A DNA stretch of 48,157 bases, the filler included, from Porpidia crustulata (lineage: Eukaryota), in assembly GCA_964255105.1 (NCBI GenBank). It is 2 parts of 2 records of this genome, joined end to end, with 100 filler letters (N's around TTAATTAATTAA, not from the genome) between each part and the next. Parts side by side here need not be neighbours in the genome. Positions count along the whole stretch, not along the records: positions 1 to 24,073 come from CAXUWE010000063.1; positions 24,174 to 48,157 come from CAXUWE010000064.1. One strand, 5' to 3'. The position numbers were made by a program, and so were the translations under genes. The notes beneath the pieces were generated by a model. It was not told the DNA's origin. It was given only the letters and a program-made list of their open reading frames with translations, and searched no databases. Shown piece after piece: positions 23,266 through 35,293 of this stretch. Each line of letters opens with the position of its first letter. The stretch's first letter is position 1.

Positions 23266-24073
23266 ATGGCCGAATTCATAGGGCAAGGCTACCTCACCAT
23301 GTACAAAGTGAGACTTGGACTGACACTCCGGACATAGCTCACGTATCTCTCTGATTTCGAAGAGAGACATTCGGTACAGCACCTAGGATTTCTCCAGTCC
23401 TGCACACAGTCCAATCGCTAACGGCAAGTCAGCTATGTTGGCACACTTCACGAAATCAGTTCAGAGAACTCTACAGTGGCGCTAGAACAAGTCGTATCAT
23501 TTGGGACCGAAGGACGTCGCCCGGACGATGAAGTTCCACCCTCAGATAATGTCTATGAATACATTGTGTTCCGGGGGAGTGATGTCAAGGACCTAAGGAT
23601 TGAAGAGACGCCCAAAGAAAACAAACCTCCACAACCACCTAAAGTCCCCGACGATCCCGCTATACTCGAGGTAAGTTTGTTCATTTTTACTATTGGCATT
23701 TTTGTTCGACAGCACAGGACATCCTATGTGATGAAATATTTTCGGATGTAAATCAAAATTTGTACCACCGAGAGCGCAAACCCTATGTGGATACTTTCCG
23801 TTGCCTTCCTTCTGATCTAAGTGTATCGAAACTCCAAATATTGGCGATCATATACTGCTTTTATATCCGCTGACTACTGCCTGCCGCGCAGAGTGCCCGA
23901 CGTCCGACTCCATCGGCAACGCTCCAAGACACAACACCAGCTTCCCAGCAGCCACAACAGCCATCATCGCAATCTCAGCACTCTCAACAAACCCATCAGC
24001 AGAACAACAGCCAACAGCGCCGTCAACCACCTCCCAATTTCCAGCAGCAGCCGGCGTTCCCCTACTACTATCC
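23266..24073 (+). CDS. SCD6: Scd6/Lsm14 mRNA decapping activator, 5' part only (runs into assembly gap)
   Basis: MAEFIG|SRISLISKRDIR|YVGTLHEISSENSTVALEQVVSFGTEGR...YEYIVFRGSDVKDL (LSM14 domain), DDPAIL, then a Q/P-rich tract. First intron is GC-AG (23283-23337). Confidence 0.93.
23724..23818 (+). ncRNA. snR52: Box C/D snoRNA, snR52-like guide for 18S rRNA Am420 (yeast numbering), inside Scd6 intron 3
   Basis: C box GTGATGA at 23728-23734 and D box CTGA at 23812-23815. The guide GTTGCCTTCCTT just upstream of D is complementary to 18S AAGGAAGGCAGC, and the D+5 rule points to A420. Candidate D' CCGA at 23768-23771. The host intron (about 23671-23892) is several times longer than typical introns here. 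Confidence 0.85.
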
Positions 24074-24173
24074 NNNNNNNNNNNNNNNNNNNNNNNNNNN
24101 NNNNNNNNNNNNNNNNNTTAATTAATTAANNNNNNNNNNNNNNNNNNNNNNNNNNNNNNNNNNNNNNNNNNNN

Positions 24174-24223
<50 letters not shown>
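24074..24223. other. Assembly gap with artificial spacer and poly-C run
   Basis: 44 N + TTAATTAATTAA (stops in all six frames) + 44 N = exactly 100 nt, followed by 50 C. Confidence 0.95.
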
Positions 24224-24225
<2 letters not shown>

Positions 24226-27048
24226 GGTACATTTACCTGGTCTATCGGCACATTGAGGACATGGAGGCAGGCGCGTGACCCCTGGACAGCTGTATCCATA
24301 GCCCCAATCAAGCTAAATTCCATCTTAATCCTTCGAATGATCTGCAGTCGACTGTTACATAGCCGTAGATCGCGAGGGAACAATTGAAACTCTCGTCACA
24401 GGATCCGTCTCGTATACCAGATATATTCCTTCCACTTAATCATCGACGGCGAGGGTTCCGTATCAATGTTCCCCCTACCAGCTCTCTGAAAAATGTCACC
24501 AGTCTTCTCGATCCAAATTATGTCGTGCTCCTGATTTGACTACACTGTTAAAGCGACTGACTTTGCTTGATGAGAAAGTACCCAGGGCTCATGGCGATTC
24601 CGTCTGATCTAATTTTACTCATGGTGAAGTATGCTTCTGTTTATCTTCATCTTCAAGTAAACCGTGATCTTTCGATAGTTGAATCGACCTGGCGTCCCAA
24701 TTTACATGACTGATCCAAATCTACCCATCAGCTTTGTCTCCGCTGCACCTCATCTTGCCACTTCAAGTAATTACGAAATTCCATTTTCAATTGGTCCTCT
24801 AATTCTTCCGTTATTCCTGGCTGCAATTAGATGAATCTCTTTCTCTCCTGAAAGTATTCAATTTGTGGGCCACTCCCTTAGCGTAGTGACAAATCGCAGC
24901 TATCCACGTTACGATCGTCGAGGCGATCTTCATCTTGCCCAACTCTCCGCTCGGATATCTGCAGACTATGATATTCTAGCTTTAGAAGGGGGCTCCCACT
25001 GTCGCCCTATGAACGTCTCGTATGGGCGAAGAAATGGCCTGTCTGATGAAATATCGAGGAGGGCTCGATACGAGCGCTTCCAGATAGGCTTGAATCAATA
25101 CCCAATTTAGCAAACCATCGACTAACAAGGACCGCTATTCCATAGCCACCAGTGAGCCTCATTTTGGCTTACACTAAGGTTTGGTCGACGTCATGTCGGC
25201 AGTTGTCCACCCACCATTCGTCGAGCAATAGGCGTACGCATTCAGGCTGTGGCTGGTAACAGGATCCACGCCTTCTTAATGCACTTCGTATTGAATCCAC
25301 ATGAGCCCCAATATCGCCACTGCAGCGAATAGAAAAACTGGCTAAGGTTGACGGAAACCAGTCCAGAGGCCTAGGCACAGTATTTTCAAGAATTTCTGCA
25401 ATCCAAGCGCGAGTACTGCCAAGGTCCATGTGCGTCATCCTGTAAATGCCCGTGAACTTTTTCGAAGCGCTTGATATGAGGATAGTGCATGGCAAGTCGC
25501 AAATCAGATTATGGCTCAGTGGATTTTGAGCTGCTACTGCTCGATTGGCCTCAGAAGTGCTTGACCTGCAGGCGCCGAGACCGGGCTTTCTGAAAATTCC
25601 CTCTAGATCCTCCCCGATCGTATCTAGTATCGTGTTACTTGACGCGATTCATGGAGCTGTGTGGTAATACCTCCCGATTCCTCGTATATAGGCTCACTGA
25701 GAATAGTCGGGATTCCAATCCTGATTCCATCCGTCGTTATTTTTCTATGCGTAACAGTTTGTCTGTTCTCAATGCTTCTACATTTAAGTAATTGGAAGAG
25801 CAAGGAATTTTTTATACCGTGGAACCCACCAGATCCTCCCTCTGACACATGATTTATTTCACTCGGTTTTGATACAGCTGTTCAGTACCATGGTTCAGAC
25901 CTGGATCTGGTTTTCGAACACTTGCCCTCTATGTTCAGTGTGCTGTTTCTGCTTTATTGATGATTGAATGGAATCTATCTCCAAGGTACGCATGTTCGAG
26001 GTATGTTGAAGTATTTGGCTAGAGAAAAATTTTGAAACTTACATTCAAGACTGGACTCATCTATCATCAGAGACTAAGTCGGTAATTTTGGATCAGACCT
26101 CTGGCCCACACAATTTGTCTGACTGTAAACCATTTACTGGTTGGAATTGATGCTTGACGTTCAACCTCTACGTGAGAAGTGGAACACAGACGCCGAATAT
26201 CTGTATGGAACACTTGCCATCGCATAATGTAACATTAAACTAAATCGTAGAGATTTTAGTATGCAATCGTACGACTAGACCCCTGCTGTAGAATTTCTTC
26301 AAAGACAGATGGCGGATACCTGGTATAAAATTGGTTGACGCTTGAGTCTTGCACCATTGCTCATGATATTATTGCTCGTTGACCGCTCTCTGCTAAGTCC
26401 GGTGGAACAAGAACTTTTTTGTAAGTATACACACAGATGTCCCAAAGTATCTTAGCGGACGATCACCCGGCAACATCTCGTCCAAGCGAGTCACCTCTCC
26501 CTTCCCCTGGTGCGACAACCTCAATGTGCCAAAGCCAATAAGTAACCTCCAGTCAACCTGCACGGAAACATTACCTTCTAGTCGATGGTCAATGCCATTA
26601 CTCACTCAACAATCCATATACCCCATATGCTACTTTCCTTTCCCACCAACCTGTTACGAATCAAATGACAGAAGTGACTCGGAGCTTGTACACATGATCG
26701 ACGAGGACCTTGCTAAGATCAGTGGGAATCCCGGTGGCGCGTGCATGTCGCAGTATGGGCCTTGATTTGCGCATGCCTCTTCAAGACAAATACCCCGTGT
26801 GTGTACCATGTATAATGGAGCGCTGTGGGCAGGTGGACGTGGTCCTTTGTCCATTCACGCTGCGTGACAAAGGAGACGGATGACCACGACAGTGAGCTCC
26901 TTTGTTGGACCTCCGTCCATCTATTGTCTGTGGATCGCTGCATTCTTGTTATTGATAAATAGCTATCAAGATTCTTCATGTCTTTTGTTATATCGTTGAT
27001 CTAACTTCTCGCGCTGTCGCACTGCTTGCACACTGCTCTACGCTCATC

Positions 27049-27939
27049 ATGCTCTCTCTGCTCAAGCCGGTCTTGCTCCTCTCCGCCCTCCTCTCCACCG
27101 CAGTCCATGCCCAAACCCTGTGCAACGGCCACGCCGAACTCTGCGATCGCATTTATTCCAACGTTTCCCAAGTAGGTACACACGACAGCCCCTTTGTCGG
27201 CAACCTCCCATCCGACAACCAAGCCATATCCGTGACCGACCAACTGAACGCCGGTATTCGCTTCCTATCAGCGCAATCCCACCTCGACTCCTTCAAGCAG
27301 CTATCCCTCTGCCACACCTCCTGCTTCCTCGAAGACGCAGGCTCCCTAGAGGGCTATCTCGGCACCATCCGCAACTGGCTCGACGCAAACCCCAACGAAG
27401 TCGTCACCCTCCTCCTCACCAACGGCGACAACGTCGACGCCTCCCTCTTCGAAACCGCCTTCTCCGCTTCCGGCATCAAACCCTACGCCTTCACCCCGTC
27501 CACGACCCCTCTCGCCATCGACGCCTGGCCCAAACTAGGCGATATGATCAAAGCCAACACCCGCCTCGTCGCCTTCCTCGACACCGGCGCTTCCCCTACT
27601 GTCCCCTATCTCCTCGACGAGTTCACCTACTTCTTCGAAACCCCCTACGACACCACCGACCCCAACTTCCCGCAGTGCGCGCTCGACCGCCCCGCCAAGG
27701 GCGACCCCAAGGGCCGCATGTACATCGTCAACCACTTCCTCGACACCAACATCTTCGGCATCCTGGTGCCCGATCGCGGTGCCGACGCCGTCACGAACGC
27801 GGCCACGGGCGCCGGTAGCATCGGGGCGCAGGTGGGGCTCTGCGAGGGCATATACGGGGTCGCGCCCAAGGGTGTGCTGGTGGATAATTTCGACGTGGGC
27901 GATGTGTTTACGGCGGAGAGGGCGATGAATGGGTTGTGA
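27049..27939 (+). CDS. Secreted PI-PLC-like phosphodiesterase (TIM barrel), intronless
   Basis: 296-aa ORF with a signal peptide (MLSLLKPVLLLSALLSTAVHA), CNGHAELCDRIYSNV, GTHDS, QLNAGIRFL, LCHTSC and WLDANPNEVVTLLL. Strong C-ending codon bias. Confidence 0.9.
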   Translation: MLSLLKPVLLLSALLSTAVHAQTLCNGHAELCDRIYSNVSQVGTHDSPFVGNLPSDNQAISVTDQLNAGIRFLSAQSHLDSFKQLSLCHTSCFLEDAGSLEGYLGTIRNWLDANPNEVVTLLLTNGDNVDASLFETAFSASGIKPYAFTPSTTPLAIDAWPKLGDMIKANTRLVAFLDTGASPTVPYLLDEFTYFFETPYDTTDPNFPQCALDRPAKGDPKGRMYIVNHFLDTNIFGILVPDRGADAVTNAATGAGSIGAQVGLCEGIYGVAPKGVLVDNFDVGDVFTAERAMNGL

Positions 27940-28761
27940 GGATCTTTTTCTCTTCTTCTCTTGTCTCCAGCGGGATAGGATAAAAAAAAGTACACAAAAG
28001 CGTTTGGTACCAACTGAGCTGATTTATGCCGTGTACCGGTGTAGCGCTTCTCCGCGACTCGCGCTCCACCGAGGCATATATTTGCTTCCGTTCTTGGTTT
28101 CGGTCGTGCTTGTGCTTGGCTGAAAATTCTCCTTCAGCATTCTTTTCTCATCTTCCGGGTTGGATTTTATGCTTCTTCACGGCATTGCGCCGCATGGTTT
28201 ATATACCCCTGTATCCTGTCTTGTAGCGCGCATCATCGCCTCACCTTTTCGATATTTACCAGTGTGTATCCCTGTAACGGCGGCTACATGAGACTCGGCG
28301 ATTGCGGTTTGTCAAATACGTAAAGTCGCCTTTTTTAATTGAAATTACCGAATTCTACTTTCGGCCATGCTTTCCACTCATGAAACGGACCGGACCCGGA
28401 TCTTTTTACATCACGCTCAACGCTTACCCCCACATCTTCGTGTCTCCAACGAGACCGCTACACGGGAACAAGTGTGGATTTGCGAGCGTGCACGCTCAAT
28501 ATCCAGTAGGCGAAGTGGAACAAGGAACAAGGTCTTGGAGAACCGAAAGTAGGTTTGATACATGCAACTTCTATCGAATTACATTTCCAACCTATCTCAA
28601 GATTGGCCAGGTGTCTCTAGCATCTTGGTAATATGTCGTTCATCGTTATATGCAGACCTAGACGCCCCCTTGTATCCCTTGCCTTTTTATATGTGCTCAG
28701 AAGCGAATTTTTCGTCTCCATCTTCACCGACCGTTCGCGCGCTGATCCTCGTCAACCAGAC

Positions 28762-29874
28762 TCACGGGGATCGCTGCACCCTCCCCATGTTGCCCCCTAT
28801 TTGCTGGTGATCACCCTTTTTGACCTCATAGTGCATAACATCCAAACTCCTTGGGAAATACGTCTGCAACCCCAGTTTGTCTCTGAGGAACGCGCCCGTC
28901 TTCTCCAGTCTCTTCACGTCCCTCAGAACATTCCATGGCGGATTTTCGCCCCCCTGCAATCTGCCGCGAATGACATCGACCATTACCTCGTCTAGCCGCC
29001 CGTAAAAATCAGCTCGGCTTGCTGCGTCTGCTTCATTGTTCCAGCCTTCGTCACCGCCGTGGCTATTCAAATTGCCGCCGAGCTTGATAAGAAGTTCGAA
29101 GGCAAGGGGAGGACCGCCAGGGAGGGATGACAGCTGTTCGATTGAGGGAATGAGGGTACTAAGGGTTGTGGCGAAGGTGCTGGTAGGAAGGTGTTGTGAG
29201 AGCGAATCTTGGAGGCGGTGGAGGTCGTGGTTGAGGACGGTCATTTTACGGTCCAGGTGGTAGTTGAGAGTTTGGGAGGCGGAAGGGTCGGTATTCATAG
29301 CTGCAGCAATGGATGGAGGGACGTCTGTATGGATTAAGGTTGTTAGTAAATGTCAATTGACATTGAGCAGCGCAACGGAAGGTCAATTGAGAACCAAAAT
29401 GTGATGGAGAATTCAATTGAAGACAGAAAGGGGTAGATGCATACCCGCTCGGAGACCACGCTTGTCGATCCACGCGTGCATGTCTGCGCGCTCGTCTTCT
29501 AGTTGTTGGACCTGGAGGGTGGTTTCGTCGAGTTCAGCTCGGAGAAGGTCGATCTGTTCCACGTACGGTTTTATAGCGTCGTTGAAAGCTTTGGTCAATG
29601 GATCTGGAGCGGGCGCCATGTTTGACGGTGCGGTGTGCATTGTCGCGTTGCTAGATGTATTTGGTGGTCGGTTGATGGGGTTGTATTGGTGTTCTTGGGT
29701 AGAAGGTCGGTATGATTGGAGTTTATCTTGTGAATTGGGTGAGCTTGAGTATTGCGTATCTTTGAAAGCTAGTCCTTGGCTGTCTGTATTGTAGGAAGCG
29801 GGGCGAATGGGCATTTTAAAGTCTTGCTCTGTTTTGGATGATCGATCGCGAGACAATCGTCGGAGCCAGGACAT
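28762..29874 (-). CDS. Conserved fungal hypothetical protein with central coiled coil (two exons)
   Basis: Two ORFs joined in frame by a GT-AG intron (about 29326-29443): ...DPLTKAFNDAIKPY...MHAWIDKRGLRA|DVPPSIAAAM...LDRKMTVLNHDLHRLQD...AFELLIKLGGNLNSHG. Confidence 0.75.
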
Positions 29875-30272
29875 ACTCTGCTCAAGGAACGCGTAGTACA
29901 CTCTTGAGAGTGCACGGCCGGTTATAAGCCGATTGTGTAGAGGTGAGGTTGGGGACTGGGGAGTGTGGCTGGTAAATAGAAATTATGGGGAGGTTGGGTC
30001 CGCCGTTGCCAAGTATTTGTTGTTTTGCTGTGGTGCTGTGCTGTTCGAGGCAGGGTCTGTAGTGCCGGAACGGACCGAGGGTAGCTTAGAACTTTATCGT
30101 CAAAAGATCATCGAATTTCTGTCAACACATTTTTTTTTGACAGCTTTGCACAAAAACCTGGGATTGAAGTTCTCAAATTCTGAGGCTTTGTATTCCTCTC
30201 TTTCCCATAACTTGGGCTTTACTGTTATTAAAGTGCACATTTGAACCGTGCGCTGAGCTACAGACGGCTAGA

Positions 30273-31509
30273 ATGGCGCCTGCGGTGGTGGAGGCGGCTG
30301 TCGCTGGTTCTGCAGCCAAAGAGTTCAAGAAGGAATCCGGAACTGCAAGGTTGCTTGGCTCAGGTATGCTGATCCGTTCTTCATACAAGACGCGCCTAAT
30401 TGGTTCAGGTTCTGCTGGTATCGCTGAGCTCGCTATTTTTCATCCAGTACGTCGTCGAACTAACCCTTGGAAAACAATATTCATGTTGTTTCCAGGTGGA
30501 CACCATAGCGAAGCGATTGATGAGCAATCAGGGAAAGGCAAGACCCTCCCATATTACATCAGATCTCATATATCTAATAGCTAGATAGATCACATCTGCT
30601 TCTAGACTCAATACCGTTATCTTCAAGGATTACGCGAGCGCGGGCGTTGGCCGCAAGTTCACGTCTTTATTCCCCGGTCTAGGTTATGCTGCTGGATACA
30701 AGGTCTTCTAGGGCCAGAAAGACGAAAGTAACGAGCTTGGCTGACTGTTTGCGAAGATTCTGCAAAGAATATACAAATATGGCGGGCAGCCCTTCGCTAG
30801 AGACTACCTGGCCTTACATCATGGAGACAAATTTGATCGTACGTTTGGTAAACGGACCGGGAAGGCCATGATGAATGCTTGCGCTGGAAGGTGCGGACTA
30901 CAGATACAAAGCCTACGTGGGGCAAGACTAACCTCGCGTATAGTTTGATCGGTATCGGTGAAATCGTTCTACTACCTCTGGATGTCCTCAAGATTAAGCG
31001 GCAAACAAATCCAGAAGCTTTCAGAGGCCGTGGAGTATTCAGGATCGTCGCGGATGAGGGCTTGGGCCTTTATCGCGGGGCTGGGTGGACTGCTGCCAGG
31101 AATGCCCCTGGGTCCTTCGCTGTAAGCGCAAATTGCGCGATTTCTCTTATACGATGACTAACCCAACCATCAGCTCTTCGGCGGTTCTGCTTTCGCAAAA
31201 GAATATATCTACAAACTCACCGACTACAACACGGCCAGCTGGCTACAGAATTTTGTCGCTTCTATCTGTGGTGCCTCAGCATCCCTCCTGGTATCCGCTC
31301 CTCTAGATGTCATCAAAACACGGATACAGAATCGAAATTTCGACAATCCAGAGAGTGGTTTTAAAATCCTCAGGAATATGGCAAAGAACGAGGGTCTTTC
31401 AAGTTTCTTTAAAGGGTTGACTCCAAAGTTGTTGATGACCGGTCCCAAATTAGTATTTAGTTTCTGGCTTGCACAGACGCTCATACCAGCATTTAACAAG
31501 GTCGTTTAG
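30273..31509 (+). CDS. GGC1: Mitochondrial GTP/GDP carrier
   Basis: KESGTARLLGSGSAGIAELAIFHPVDTIAKRLMSN, GLGYAAGYK, GIGEIVLLPLDVLKIKRQTNPEAFRGRG, PLDVIKTRIQN, KLVFSFWLAQTLIP. Three Px(D/E)xxKxR carrier motifs and short introns, one GC-AG (from 30538). Confidence 0.93.
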
Positions 31510-32073
31510 ATCAGAGAGACATATGGACGAGTCACTGAATCACGGTAGGAAAATACTAGTATCGCACTGGTAAGCTGGGTTTGCAAACCCGACTCAGGAT
31601 TGATGTACAAAATCTCCACTTCCCTACATATCTATTCGTAGCCTGCCTATACATAAATCTTGTAATTCCATACTGGGAGGCCATAGCGTTAGAAAATAAA
31701 TTTAACCTCACAAATTTCAGCAGATACTTGACATGTTGAAGAGGACGAAGTTCGCTCTTGCCACGCCAAATCTCCACGGCAGCTTTTCCACCCAGACAAA
31801 GTACAATTGGAACTGGGATCTACTATTGACTCAACGCGTTTTCTCAAAACTAAGAGATGCCCTTCCCAGATTCTCTTTTCCTTCTCGATGCCAAGTGTTT
31901 ATTGATTACATGTTTACAGGCAGATTTCGCTCTTTCGACTTGTGTCCATCTACGCAATGAATTGACCTTGGCACTGCCTGTGCTTCTGATTTCATCAAAC
32001 GGCTTATCATCATTACTTCTACACTCCTTGTCTACACTATGACATGACTATTATTCAAGCTTTATAGGATGAC

Positions 32074-33973
32074 ATGGCGAAGCAGCTACCAGGGTTTTAC
32101 TTTGACGAGCAAGACAAAAAATATCATAAAATTCAGCCCAGCCATTTGGCTCCTCAAGGTTCCAAATATACTCGACAGGCGATCAACGATAGGGAACAAA
32201 AAGCTCTGGTAGGTTTGTACTTTGCCCTACCCGTTACCTATGACACGTCGCTCTCCCTCAGATAGTAGAGGCATATGAGGTATAGATAATGGATGGAATT
32301 TTCTGCTTGATCCCTAGGCAAACTCCACACTCTCAAATCATCAATCCTCTCTCGCACTCTAGGCTAGAATACATTATCTAGCGTCTAGCTAATTCTCCTC
32401 CCAGAGTTGCAAGAGAAATGCCCGGTACTTGGCTGACCATCGGCGATCACGGATCCAGCATTCCCATATACTTGGACATCCCTTAGGAGGATCGCTAACT
32501 TTTCAACGTGAACTGGGTATCAGTCCGTCAAATAATGCCTGCACACCTTTCAAATCTTGGGCAAAAGGTCTGGATAAGGGCTTTTGGGTTGAGGAATCGC
32601 GCAATATCGGAATTTCGCAGTTCGTACCAGATGAACAGACTGGGACTATAATCTTCGATAAACAAAGCTCCGCAGGTCTCTCGAGTAGCCTTCAGTGAGT
32701 CTAGATGCCGTAATATCCCCCAATCCTTCTCAGGATCGCGCTTGACAGCTCGATTACCAGTTCTCTGTTACTGGACATTAAGGACTTCAGAGCAGATGTT
32801 CAATGTCCAAACCTTTCAGAGATCTTACAGTCTAGTCTCCACAGATGTTTGACTTATCAATGCACACTACATGACCGCTGTGACAGTGTTTAAACATGAT
32901 GGCTGACGGCCTGACCACAGCGCACGGCTTCCTAGCATCAAGGGAATCTGGGAAGAAGCAACACAGATACCCATACACTACGGATTTAGATCTAAGGTAG
33001 CTGATTTCCTCTGCTCAAAGACACAATATTGATGCTTTATAGATCGTCTCGCTCAAGATGTCGCCGTCGCGAGTACTCCTGTAAGTTCTGATCTGTCTCG
33101 AAGGTGAAGCCAAGGCCTGACAAGAAAAGGGCTGCCACAGAATGTGGAGAAATCTTTGTGACCAAGGTTGTGGAGCCTGAAGTCCTTGACTCACGATTGT
33201 CGGCGGTCGAGCACGGCGATCAATATAGTCTTCCGCCAGTGTTAGATGGTTCGGCCCGCATCTACGCAATGTTGGGCTCCAAACCCTGGCACACTCCAAT
33301 TTGGGCTGTCGCTGCCAATAAAAATCATAGCGTCACCACTTTCGCGGTAGCTACAGATAAAGGAATCTTCCTTGCAGACGAAAACGCAGTGCCCAAACGA
33401 TCCAAAGACCGACGCTCGAAGTTCCAGCCATCCGACACACTTGCAGTGGACTGGCTGGATGCCAATGTCGTGTTGAGCGGGTGTAGAAGCGGACATGTAC
33501 GCATGTGGGATACAAGGACTGATGGTACGAGTATGCGAATGGTCCATCCAAGTTCCACAACCCATGTCAGAAAGCTCAACGATAACATCATCGTCGTCGC
33601 TGGACTGATGCATCAGCTCCATACCTATGACCTTCGCTTCCCCGCCTCCCGGCCGTCCGCCGCCCTCACAACTCCCTACACCACCTTCCCCGCCTACCGA
33701 AATTGGGCCAACGTCCTTCCCCCACTTGGCCTTGATGTCCACGGCGATCTCATTGCTGTAGGCTGCAACGATGCGACGATCATGGTGTTTGATCATAGCA
33801 GCGGAAACGAGGCGCTAGATCTCGGGATGTCACGGAACTTCTCGAAATGCCAGGGTCAGGTACGGTGCATCAAGTTCTGGGAGCAATTCGAAGATAGGAT
33901 CGGGGGGTACCCCAGCGTGTATTACTCGGCCGAGAACAAGATCGGGGTTCTAACGTGGGACCTCGACGATTGA
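32074..33973 (+). CDS. WD40 protein, DCAF4/WDR21-like putative CUL4-DDB1 substrate receptor (internal exons uncertain)
   Basis: N-terminal LPGFYFDEQDKKYHKI motif. C-terminal WD repeats with SGCRSGHVRMWDTR (WDxR) and YDLR. Confidence 0.7.
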
Positions 33974-35293
33974 AGTTTGTAATCCAACAGAGGAATGAAA
34001 GGGCTGAAGGATCGGGTTTACTCATGTGGGATTGATGGAATTGGAGATATTTTTATTGTATGAGTCTGGTACTTACCCGATTGACCATTGGAATATAGAT
34101 CGGGGCTGTCATGCAAACCATGAGGTACGAATGTTTATATTCATTCGAATCACGAATTAGACTTTACGCTCACGGCTCGATTCACCAAGTTGGACCCGAT
34201 CGTCACATCTTCCCTCGAGGCAGCGTCATCCTCGCAGCACGCTGCAAACCAATCCTCATTCTCCTTGCGGGTGCATCCTCTAACTATCCTCCCCTGCGTA
34301 TCCCCCTACCGATTCCCGTCCGTTCCCTCGCGCCAGATATCAACGAAAATAACAACATCCGAGACCGTGCGAGGAGTGTTTCGTTCATCACAAAAATCCT
34401 GCATGAGGTACGAAGCATATAGGAATTAAAGCAACACAACGGATTGAAATGGATCTCCGACCGTCGTAGCAACACAGGCGGTTCTTGAGCCAGTCAAACG
34501 GGTATGGCAGACTGGCGAGATGGGACTCCTGGTGCGAATAGATACGATGGTTCGAGTTGGATGGATAGGAAGAGCAAACCGAACGAAAATATCACTTATA
34601 ATCCCCTCCCCCCCTCCACCCTTGTCATCTCCCCAACAGACCCGAAACCTCGCTCTATCGTCTCAGTATCTCCAGGTAATTAGTTGCAAACGCAAATAAA
34701 AACCACCAGTGTACCTTCCAATCTATCTACTCATTCAGAAAACAAAACAGAATCCGTGAAGGAATAGATACTCCTGGAACCCGCCAGTTCGAGGGATTCG
34801 GGATGGAACGGGGAGAGGGTATGTGTGGATTCAGCCAAGGCCGTACGAGGAGCCGCGTTTCACTGTACATAATCATTAGACGGGGTTTTAAACCGGATCT
34901 CCTCTCCTCTCCCATTCGCTCGAAATAGATCTTCGGTGCCAGGCGTCTCAGTTCAAGCAAGATTCCACAAGAAACGGGGCTATGAGGTTAAAGGGAACCC
35001 AATCAAAAGATGGCTCAACGGGCAATCTCGTAAGACCCATATTTCGCTGAACTCACAACTTTCAACCATTGCGCACCGTGGTTTGGAGTCAAAACTTCTC
35101 TGTCTGTATACTGTACATGGAAAAAAAGGAGAAGACGAAATATGTAACCCTTTTCGACCCCTTTTATGAACGCCAGTGCAATAAAATCAACAGCAATTAT
35201 TCTCATTCCCAACTCTATACGCCTGCCCATCTATATAATTTCAATGACACGTACCACTTCCTTTGTACACCATCACCGCACCGTCATGACCGT

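Noticed and set aside
24118..24129. TTAATTAATTAA palindrome inside the N-run
   Set aside because: Symmetric 44N+12+44N layout with six-frame stops indicates an artificial contig spacer.
24174..24223. Poly-C run / poly-Gly ORF (24126-24383)
   Set aside because: Sits at a contig end, so likely a sequencing or assembly artefact. The ORF runs into Ns.
24224..27000. Short ORFs and a possible minus-strand C-terminal fragment near 24730-24830
   Set aside because: No consistent frame or recognisable family.
27120..27818. 232-aa Arg/Pro-rich overlapping ORF and antisense ORFs over the phosphodiesterase
   Set aside because: Shadow frames caused by extreme third-position C bias.
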